DNA of 64,000 nucleotides, from NCBI GenBank assembly GCA_002269645.1, contig NIVC01001685.1, positions 62,001 through 126,000 on the forward strand, in the 5' to 3' direction. The translations under genes were made by a program, and so were the position numbers. Below the pieces are notes generated by a model, which worked only from the letters and a program-made list of their open reading frames with translations, was not told where the DNA came from and did not search any database. The stretch comes from Macrostomum lignano (taxonomy: Eukaryota). Below, piece after piece: positions 1-10,200 of this stretch; position 1 is the stretch's first letter, and each line of letters begins with the position of its first letter.

Positions 1-367
1 CATAATTATTCCCTAAGCTAAAACTACTGACAGTAGTGTAAAAGCATATCTGTATTTTTTGGTTTTTTTTCTTTATGTTTTGCTTTATTTATTGTTAATT
101 TTCGAATTCATTCAAATAACTGGATAGTAATCTCTGCAGGCATATAAAACTCTGCTGGCCATTGTCGTGCCCAAGCTGTATAAAAAACCTGCATCTTCTT
201 AACGATTTTTTACGATTGCTGCTGGCTATAATAATTAATCTCAGATGCTCTATTGATGCGAGAAAGTAAACACAGTTGCCTGCCTTAAAAAGTTTCTTTC
301 CAAAAAAGTTTTAATACGATGTAATATCTTGTTCATTTTCGCTTTGCGTCCGGCTAGGTACTTGTAA

Positions 368-497
368 TACTACTACTGTTACTACTACTACTACTACTAG
401 TACTACTACTGCTACTACTACTGCTGCTGCGACTACTACTACTACTACTTACTACTTACTACTGCTACTACTACTACTACTACTACTGTTACTACGC
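368..497. repeat. (TAC)n microsatellite
   Basis: Imperfect tactactac run. Confidence 0.9.
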
Positions 498-601
498 TCG
501 TAATAAGAGCTACTATATTTATGTAGTTATTATTAGGCCAGCAGGGCACTGCAATCCGCAGCCAATGCTTCTAATTCGTCACTTTTCCAGCCTCCCCACG
601 A

Positions 602-3600
602 ATGTTCGCCTCAATCTGGCCGGCAATTATCGGATTAGTTTTGCTCCCACTGCTCAGTGCTAAATTGGAAGAATATTCCTCAGTCTCCAATGATTTTTTA
701 AGGCCAAATATATGGCCAAACGGCAGCCACGTGCTTCAAGCTGGCAGTGACGTCACTTTCCAATGCTCCGGCCAAGCAGCAGCCAATCGGCGATGCTCGA
801 ATTTGACTCTGCTGTACTCACCAAGGGGATCTGATTGGCAATCTGCCAGCACTACTGAGCTGCTGATGATAAATCACTCATGCCGGAATCATTCTTTAGC
901 GAGTTTTCTGCTCAGCAATGTGAGCACATTCGGCGGCTACACCGGCTGGTATTGGTGCGGCTGCACTTTTACTGCCGCTGACTCTGCGAACGTCTCTACA
1001 AGTCGGCTGTGGGTTTTGAGTCACCCCACCAGACTTTTGGTTGGCTGTGAGTGACGGGTTTGGAAGACAGATAGACAGACATACTAAAAAACAAACGCTA
1101 AAACAGACAGACACACAAAGACAGACAGTGCCAGAAAGTCAGATAGACGGGTAGGTAGGTAGTTAGGTAGGTAGGCAAACAGACAGACAGCCAGCTAGAT
1201 AGGTAGGTAGGCAGTTTGACTGGTAGACAGAAAGACACTCAGACACTCACACAGACAGACAGACAGACAGACAGACAGAAAGAGACACACAGGTAGACAG
1301 GCAGACAGACAGGCAGACACTAAGGCAATCAGAGCTGACACCAGTTGTCTGTCTATCTCTCTATGACAGAATCGCACGCAGACATTCGCACAAGGCAGAC
1401 AAAAGCAAAGCTAGCAACAAAGCTCGCATATTTAAATACCCGAGCGCATTATCCTTCGATGTTTCCAGCAAAGCCTCGCGCTGCGAACCTCAGTTTCTAT
1501 TGGCTAGACCGAAAAGTTTTGAGTTCAAAAATTCACCCGGCCCCATCCTTCATCGCCAATGCCAGTGGAGTTCCGCCTGAGCTGGGCGGTTCAGTCTCAA
1601 TACGGCTCCATTATTATCTGGGGTAAGTCAGAGCCACTGTGCAGATGTAGTGCTTTCTGCCATAGACCAAACTGACTGTACAAAGCGACTCAATTTGCAG
1701 AGATAAGCAGGGCGATTGCGATAATTACAATGACAGGACAGGTGTCTGCGACTGGGGCTTGGAGCTGGCTCAGAGCTCTGTGTACATATTTAAATATCGG
1801 GTCAATGTGACTCTGACACTGTGCAATCAGCTGCAATGGTGCAGCACTCAGCTGTATGAGTTTGATTTGCGGGATAAAGGTGAGATAAAGGTGTTCCATA
1901 AGTTTGGCTTTTGCGATTTTTGCATATATTTTATTGTTAGGTAGATGATGTGAGATCATTCAGGCAGCACTGGGATCATTCAGGCAGCACTGGGATCATT
2001 CAGGCAGCACTGGGATCACTCAGGTAGCACTGGGATCATTCAGATAACACTGGGATGACTCAATCATCACTGGGATCATTCAGGTAGCACTGGGATCACT
2101 AAATCAACACGGGGATCATTCAGGTAGCACTGGGATCATTCAGGCAGCACTGGGATCACTCAGGCAGCACTGGGATCACTCAGTCATCACCGGGATCACT
2201 CCAAATGCATTCCAGAGAAGCCCAGCCCCGTCAAGAAGCTGACCCTCCACTTTGAGCCCCAGCAGCTCAACATCAGCTGGACGGCACCAAGCTCACCGTT
2301 GCCTGGCAACCAGGAGTACAGCTACCAGGTGCTTCTGTCTGACGGCCGCAGCCTCGCAACCAACTCCACAGCCGTGTCCGTTGCAGTCAGTCCCGACACA
2401 GAGTACTCGGTGACCGTCCGGTGCAGACCGCGGCACTTCAGCGGCCACTGGAGCGACAACTCGAGCGGCAGCGGCAGATCAGGGGAGTGGCTGCCCTGCA
2501 ACCCGGAGCTTGATGAGGCATTTCTGCTGCCTCCCAACCAGCTGTTGTTCCCAGCCTCCGACAGGTGAGAGAGAGCTTTCGTTTTTTGCAGCTTCATCAT
2601 CTGCTGTAAATTACAGGATAGGTGATCGATTAGTCCCACAAATTATTTTCGAAGTTCCCATCTTTTAGCTTTTTCACAAATTACATTTTGAAATCGCCTC
2701 TTCAGAATTGCCTCTTCAGAATCGCCTCCTCAGAATCGCCTCTAAAATCGCCTCTTCAGAATCGCCTCTTAAAATCGCTTTTTCGGAATGGCCTCCTTAG
2801 AATCGCCTCCTCAAAATCGCCTCTTCAAAATCGCCTCTTCAGAATCGCCTCTGCAGAATCGCCTCTTCAAAATCGCCTCTTCAGAATCGCCTCTGCAGAA
2901 TCGCCTCTTCAGAATCGCCTCTGCAGAATCGCCTCTTCAAAATCGCCTCTTCAGAATCGCCTCTTCAAAATCGCCTCTTCAGAATCGCCTCTTCAGAATC
3001 GCCTCTGCAGAATCGCCTCTGCAGAATCGCCTCTTCAGAATCGCCTCTTCAGAATCGCCTCTTCAGAATCGCCTCTGCAGAATCGCCTCTTCAAAATCGC
3101 CTCTTCAGAATCGCCTCTGCAGAATCGCCTCTTCAGAATCGCCTCTGCAGAATCGCCTCTTCAAAATCGCCTCTTCAGAATCGCCTCTTTAAATTCGCCT
3201 CTTCAGAATCGCCTCTTCAGAATCGCCTCCTCAGAATTGCCTGTTCAAAATCGCCTGTTCAAAATCGCCTCTTCAGAATCGCCTCTGCAGAATCGCCTCT
3301 TCAGAATCGCCTCTGCAGAATCGCCTCTTCAGAATCGCCTCTTCAGAATTACCTCTTTAAAATCGCTCTTTCAAAATCACTTTAAAAATCGCCTTTAAAT
3401 CGCCGCAGGCGCTGCAGGAACGGCCGAGTCCTGCTCTACAGAGTCGCAAACCTCGGCACCAATCAGAGTGAAACGCTGGCTGTTTCTGACAAATTCTCAA
3501 CAACCTCATATCTCAGCATTGTTCTCAACTCCTCCATGCTCAGCCTCGAGTTTGAGTCAACTTTGGCAATCTTCGCCTCCACATCTTACGGCGAGAATTC

Positions 3601-5153
3601 GAGCTTGCCAAATCGTTTAATTCACCTGCCACCTTTGACAGCTGCTTGCTCAGGTGGTTCGGACAGTCAGAAATTTGTCATCTGCCTGATTAATTCAACA
3701 AACTTTATCGCAGACTGCAACCGGTCTGGTCACGTGACCAAGCCGGTGACGTCATCTGTAGCCAATCATCAGAATCGAGGATTTGCCAAAAACACCTGGC
3801 AAATTCGCAGAGGTGTTGCGTGTCCAGTTTTGCCTGTTTCTGCTTCTGCAACGACTGAAGGTTCATCCGGTTTTTCATCCTGGTATCCGGTTCTTTTAGC
3901 AGTTTCAGTTTTAATTGTCGTTGGCGTTGGCGTTGCTATGGTGGTTAGACGTTTGAAAATGCGGCGTCAAGCTCAAGCAGTGCCAAAGTCTGACCCACAA
4001 AAGTACATTTCTGAACCCGACGCAACGGTGAGTCGCTTTTCAAATCATGGTTATGAAGTTTATGTAGCCGGGTTTAGCATACTGACTGGTTGTCAATGTA
4101 CATATTTGCCTTGCCGCTTTCAATGTACACACCTCCCCTGCCACCCCCAATGTACACACCTCCCCTGCCGCCCCCAATGTACACACCTCCCCTGCCACCA
4201 CAATGTACACACCTCCCCTGCCACCCCCAATGTACACACCTCCTCTGCCGCCCCCAATGTACACACCTCCCCTGCCACCCCCAATGTACACACCTCTCCT
4301 GCCGCCCTCAATGTACACACCTTCCCTGCCGCCCCCAATGTACACACCTCCCCTGCCACCCCCAATGTACACACCTCCCCTGCCACCCCAATGTACACAC
4401 CTCCCCTGCCACCCCAATGTACACACCTCCCCTGCCACCCCCAATGTACACACCTCCTCTGCCGCCCCCAATGTACACACCTCCCCTGCCACCCCAATGT
4501 ACACACCTCCCCTGCCACCCCCAATATACACACCTCTCCTGCCGCCCTCAATGTACACACCTTCCCTGCCGCCCCCAATGTACACACCTCCCCTGCCGCC
4601 CCCAATGTACACACCTCCCCTGCCGCCCCCAATGTACACACCTCCCCTGCCACCCCAATGTACACACCTCCCCTGCCGCCCCCAATGTACACACCTCCCC
4701 TGCCGCCCCCAATGTACACACCTCCCCTGCCACCCCAATGTACACACCTCCCCTGCCGCCCCAATGTACACATATCCGCTACCGCCCCAATGTACACATA
4801 TCCGCTACCGCCCCTAATGTAACTGCAGAGGGGAATTATTTACCTGTTTATTTGGACTCGAGAATTAATTGCGTGTCTAATAGTAGGGGAATTATTTACC
4901 CACACCCAATGCCTGCCAACAGATGCTGATGGCAGAGCAGAGCTACTCTTGGCCCCCATCTGCTGCAGCCGCTGACAGCAACGAAACTCAAAACACTCAC
5001 AATGCAGCCAGTTGGCCGAAGTCTGCCATGTCAGTTGCTCATCAATTTGCGACATCAGAGACACCAGCTGCCAGTCAGCAGACTGAGTCTACCGGTGCTG
5101 ATTGCACCACCACAGTCGAACCGGGATACAGCAGCCGGTCCCAGTGCTTCTAG
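602..5153 (+). CDS. Type I cytokine receptor-like protein 1 (gp130/Domeless-like: signal peptide, Ig, cytokine-binding module, FN3, TM, short tail), about 658 aa
   Basis: Exons 602-1046, 1469-1622, 1701-1879, 2216-2564, 3409-4027, 4923-5153; all GT-AG with matching phases, total 1977 nt with no internal stop. Motifs: signal peptide MFASIWPAIIGLVLLPLLSA; Ig cysteines (VTFQC...GWYWCGC); CDW; TLCNQLQWCSTQLYEFDLRDK-EKPSPV resembling gp130 ENALG...FDPVYK-VKP; YSVTVRCRP..FSGHWSDNS at the WSxWS position; NGRVLLYRV...ASTSYG FN3; TM WYPVLLAVSVLIVVGVGVAMVV followed by RR. Confidence 0.8.
1066..1325. repeat. (CAGA)n/(GGTA)n simple repeat in intron
   Basis: Direct inspection. Confidence 0.9.
1955..2200. 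repeat. 20-bp minisatellite CACTGGGATCATTCAGGCAG (intronic)
   Basis: About 12 tandem copies; the same family recurs at 10305-10410 and 16285-16360. Confidence 0.9.
2690..3400. repeat. 14-bp minisatellite AGAATCGCCTCTTC (intronic)
   Basis: About 50 tandem copies; source of spurious ORFs 2688..3398 and 2788..3192. Confidence 0.95.
4121..4815. repeat. 26/27-bp minisatellite AATGTACACACCTCCCCTGCCACCCCC (intronic)
   Basis: Tandem copies between the donor at 4028 and the acceptor at 4922; source of the Pro-rich and Gly-rich ORFs. Confidence 0.95.
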
Positions 5154-5589
5154 CGATATCGAATTGATCGATTTTCTTCAGTGTTCAAATTTATAGAGTA
5201 CTCTGTGTACTTAACTTTTTTATGGGTTCTTTTTTATCATCCCCTTTTATTGTTGCTCAATAACTTTTCTTCCTAAAGTTTACATGTATATTTTACACTC
5301 TAGTCTGACTTTTTATTTACTCTTTTTTATTATGGTTCCGGTTTGATAGTTCTTCAATATACACTTTTAAAGCATTTTTCCTTCCAGAAATGTCTTTTTG
5401 TGTTCATATTTTCTTTCTGAGCTTACTGTAAAAGCTAAGGATAGTGTGGGGCAGGGGCAGGGAAGCAGAGATTCCCCCCCCCCCAGGTTCGATTCACGAA
5501 AATTAGCCCAACCCCCATAAGACACGGAGACTGTACATGCCTGATGATTAGAAAGTCTAAAAAGGGCCCAGGGATCAGCGGGGTCGCCA

Positions 5590-6490
5590 TCACAAAACCG
5601 AAATATTATAACTCCGAAAGTGTTAGCAACGCCCATCATAAAACCGAAATATCATAACTCCGAAAGTGTTAGCAACGCCCATCATAAACCCGAAATATCA
5701 TAACTCCGAAAGTGTTAGCAACGCCCATCACAAAACCGAAATATCATAACTCCGAAAGTGTTAGCAACGCCCATCACAAAACCGAAATATCATAACTCCG
5801 AAAGTGTTAGCAACGCCCATCACAAAACCGAAATATCATAACTCCGAAAGTGTTAGCAACGCCCATCACAAAACCGAAATATCATAACTCCGAAATTGTT
5901 AGCAACGCCCATCACAAAACCGAAATATCATAACTCCGAAATTGTTAGCAACGCCCATCACAAAACCAAAATATCATAACTCCGAAAGTGTTAGCAACGC
6001 CCATCACAAAACCGAGATATCATAACTCCGAAAGTGTTAGCAACGCCCATCACAAAACCGAGATATCATAACTCCGAAAGTGTTAGCAACGCCCATCACA
6101 AAACCGAGATATCATAACTCCGAAAGTGTTAGCAACGCCCATCACAAAACCGAGATATCATAACTCCGAAAGTGTTAGCAACGCCCATCACAAAACCGAG
6201 ATATCATAACTCCGAAATTGTTAGCAACGCCCATCACAAAACCGAGATATCATAACTCCGAAAGTGTTAGCAACGCCCATCACAAAACCGAGATATCATA
6301 ACTCCGAAAGTGTTAGCAACGCCCATCACAAAACCGAGATATCATAACTCCGAAATTGTTAGCAACGCCCATCACAAAACCGAGATATCATAACTCCGAA
6401 AACCGAAATAGTGTTGGACATTGCTATCAATTTCGGGTTTATGATATTTCGGGTTTATGATGGAAAGCGCTTTTCGGAGTTGTGATGCCC
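5590..6490. repeat. 46-bp tandem array (CCGAAATATCATAACTCCGAAAGTGTTAGCAACGCCCATCACAAAA) with a short inverted degenerate copy at 6430-6490
   Basis: About 17 near-identical units with no spacers, then tttcgggtttatgatatttcgg...ttttcggagttgtgatg, which matches the reverse complement of the unit. Confidence 0.85.
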
Positions 6491-6924
6491 CCCCCCCCTT
6501 TTTTAACTTAGAATCTTAAAAGAGTTGCCCAAGAATCGTGTTGACGCTTAACTTTCTACTTACTCAGTAAGCTAGTTAGTGCTTCAAACGCAACTTTACT
6601 GTGGACTCTACAGTGACTCAAGTACGACTCTACGCCCCCATAGTCGTTATACTGTCGCTCCCGAGCCGTTTTAGAGTCGCAGAAGACATTAAGACGCCTC
6701 AATGTGCATGATTCTGGGGCAACTTGTACCTTGACATCTCGTCGTTTTAGAGTTGTCTAAGAGTCACTTTTTAAATACTTTGCTCATACCGATACAGGAG
6801 AATTCTTCTCTGAAAAGGAATTCCCAATAGAAAAGTTCTTCTTTACAGGAAAATTCGGCAGTTTTTGGAAATTCTTATTGTGGGGAATTCCGTTGAAGTA
6901 ATATTCTTCTCCAGGGGGTTGTAG

Positions 6925-7075
6925 CGAGGGGGTTCGATTCCCGATCCCACTAGGAACAATCTGTGTCCCCTGAGCAAGACACTTATAACTCTGCATTGCT
7001 TCAGTTCACCCAGCTGTAAAATGGGTGCCAGCATTAGCTGGGGTAATTGAGGGTGTGTGGCGACCCCCCCCCCTC
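6925..7075 (+). mobile_element. tRNA-derived SINE fragment with a conserved central domain (CORE/Meta-type)
   Basis: Pol III B-box-like GGTTCGATTCC at about 6931, followed by tgtgtcccctgagcaagacacttataac...cagctgtaaaatgggt, resembling the gggcaagtcacttaacc...tctgtaaaatggg central domain of widespread metazoan SINEs. Confidence 0.6.
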
Positions 7076-7288
7076 CCCCAGTCCTTGGACTGAACAGCCG
7101 TACGCAGCCTTCAGATGCGCCGCGCAATAGCTGCGGCTGAGCTGTCGGTTGCACATCTGGCCCAATTGGGGCAGGTGTTGTCAATTATTTTTATTATTAA
7201 TAGTTGAAACTCAGCAACTCAGCTATTATCATATATGCTGATTATAACAAAATTGCAGCCAGTATCAGCGAGCAGCAGAGTTGTTGCC

Positions 7289-10200
7289 ATGCATATCGGT
7301 GGGGCAGGGCTGACAGCAGCAACTCTGCTGACGGGTCTGATGGTGGCTGCTGCAGCTCAGCTTCCAGCAGTGTTTGGTGAGGACTCTGAAGTTCTAACTG
7401 ATAGCAACTCAGTTTGGTGTATTTTTAACACTTTAAATGCACCAACGTTTCCCACAGTTCTGGAGCAAAGTCCAGCAGACAAAGTGCTTCTAAAAGGCAG
7501 CAATGTCACATTTTTCTGCCACTACCAGAAGCAACAGCAAGCTTTTGTTAACAGCACTCCACTGGACCAAGTCCGTTTGCTATTCAACCAGGACCCATCG
7601 GACTCAACCAAGATGACGTTTCTGCCACAGCTGTGGCGCAATTCTAGCGTTGCTGCTTTTCATTTTGCCAACGTCAGCGTTAGCCGGCACAGCGGCTGGT
7701 ACCGGTGCGGTTGCAGGGACAGCGGTGGGCGGCCTCTGGTGATGAGCGAGGCGACTCAGCTCACTGTGGGATGTGAGTGACGGCTTCTGGTGTGCTTTGG
7801 TGTACATCATGGCCCAGCAACTGGGGATCTGTGAGGCTGACCCAGCAACTGAGGATCTGGGAGGCTGGCCCAGCAGCTGAGGATCTGGGAGGCTGGCCCA
7901 GCAACTGGGGATCTGGGAGGCTGGTGGCCCAGCAACTGAGGATCTGGAAGGCTGGCCCAGCAACTAGGGATCTGGGAGGCTGATGGCCCAGCAACTGAGG
8001 ATCTGGCTTAGGAGGCTGGCCCAGCAACTGAGGATCTGGGAGGCTGGTGGCCCAGCAACTGAGGATCTGGGAGGCTGGTGGCCCAGCAACTGGGGATCTG
8101 GGAGGTTGGCACAGCAACTGGGGGTCTGGGAGGCTGGTGGCCCAGCAACTGGGGATCTGGGAGGCTGGCCCAGCAACTGGGGGTCTGGGAGGCTGGCCCA
8201 GCAACGGGGGATATTGGATTTTAAAATCTATTGTCTTAAAACTTTTGTCATATCTGCTGAAACTGAAGCACAGCTGCATAATTGCACAGGCTGCTTCATC
8301 AGTCGCCCTCACTCCCCATCCCCCAGCGCTCCCAGTCCCGACCGCAGTAGATTTCTTCTGGCAGGACCGGCGCTACGCCACTCTGGTTGTGCGGCCCAGC
8401 CTGCCGGCGATCGCCAACTCCACAGGTGTCCCGCCGAGTCTTGGAGGCCGACTGACTCTGGCTGTGGGCGTGCTGCAGTTGTGAGTTCAGTTTGCTTGTT
8501 GAGACTGTGCAATCCTATAATAGACACCATTTTGTTAGAAATCCACCCCATAGATTTAGCGATTATTCAGTTATTTGGTAAATTTAGTCTTGCTGTAAAA
8601 TAGAGGCCAGCACCAAGGGGCGCCAGCACCAAGGGGCGCCAGCACCAAGGGGTGCCAGCACCAAGGGGCGCCAGCACCAAGGGGCGCCAGCACCAAGGGG
8701 CGCCAGCACCAAGGGGCGCCAGCACCAAGGGGCGCCCAGCACCAAGGGGCGCCAGCACCAAGGGGCGCCAGCACCAAGGGTGACACGCACTCAGCAACTC
8801 CTAAACTTAGACCAGAGAAACTGAATTAACCTGCAGAACGCAGATCATTCGATTGGATGAGATCTGCTCGGCATGTCAACCAGCTGCATCGCCAGATCTC
8901 TTCTTTACTAATGATGATGTCAGGTAGCTGTTGTATCGATGTTTCTGATTTACTCTTTATAGATTGTTCTTTATATCATTTTTTCAGTCTGTGTCCTCTC
9001 TATATACTACTGATTTCCCCTATTTATAGTAGTATGTATTTGTTTTATCTTAGTTTGCCACTTTTAAAATCGCCTTTTGTAGCTTTTCTGTTGCACGAGG
9101 CTCTTAATTGATTATAAATTATGGCATTTATTTTTTTGCTATTCTAAACGCCTGTTTGTAGTCGGGTTCTGATGCTGAAGTGTGAGCAGAAGCAAATCAT
9201 GTGCTTTCAGTGCATCTGAGGTATGTCATCACGTTTACTAGTTGGTTAAGCATAGGTAGTTTGGCTTATTTATTATCGTTATCGTTATGGCATTTCGATT
9301 TGTTTATAAAATTCATTTATAGGTGTTATATGTAACGATGCACGCTTTTTTGTCATGTGTGTTATTTATGGTGTTCTGTACGTAAATGTATGTAATTTTT
9401 TATGTTTTCATGTTACTTAAAACCGTATGCCTTATCGTTTCAAACTCTAAATCATTTTTATTAAATTCGATAAAGATTAAAAATTGCCTTTTTTCCCAAA
9501 CCCTCAGTTGCTGGGTCACTGCCAAACTCCAAGATCCTCAGTTGCTATGCAGCCTCCCAGATCCTCAGTTGCTGGGCCACCAGCCTCCCAGATCCTCAGT
9601 TGCTGGGCCACCAGCCTCCCAAATCCTCAGTTGCTGGGCCACCAGCCTCCCAGATCCTCAGTTGCTGGGCCAGCCTCCCAGATCATCAGTTGCTGGGCCA
9701 CCAGCCTCCCAGATCCTCAGTTGCTGGGCCACCAGCCTCCCAGATCCTCAGTTGCTGGGCCACCAGCCTCCCAGATCCTCAGTTGCTGGGCAAGCCTCCC
9801 AGATCCTCAGTTGCTGGGCCAGCCTCCCAGATCCTCAGTTGCTCGGCCAGCCTCCCAGATCCTCAGTGTCTACGCCACTGTAAATATTGATACTGCAGTT
9901 AAAGGTTCCAATGCACTTTAAGGATAAAGTGGTTACTTTTATGAATAATTATCTCTCAGCTAATCTGTCATACCTCTCCTCCTGAATGTTGGCTTTACTT
10001 CTGATTACTCAATGCATATTTCCTGTTACTTTTGCCTTTATTACAATAAAGTGAGGGCACAATCTGAATCAGTAACAATAGCAACTTCCATAAATTTTTG
10101 CAGTTTGTCCCGCAAAGAGGCCGATTGCAGCTGCACCTGCGACAGCTCTGGTTTCTGCGAATTTGGCATGATTCACCAGTCATCTGAGTATGGACCTGAC

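Noticed and set aside
4040-4929. Extensin-like Pro-rich and Gly-rich ORFs (also 11644-12411)
   Set aside because: Translations of an intronic 26/27-bp minisatellite between valid donor and acceptor sites.
5590-6400. CRISPR-like regular 46-bp repeats (also the 41-bp, 31-bp palindromic and 32-bp arrays)
   Set aside because: Units are head-to-tail with no unique spacers, there are no cas genes, and the context is eukaryotic.
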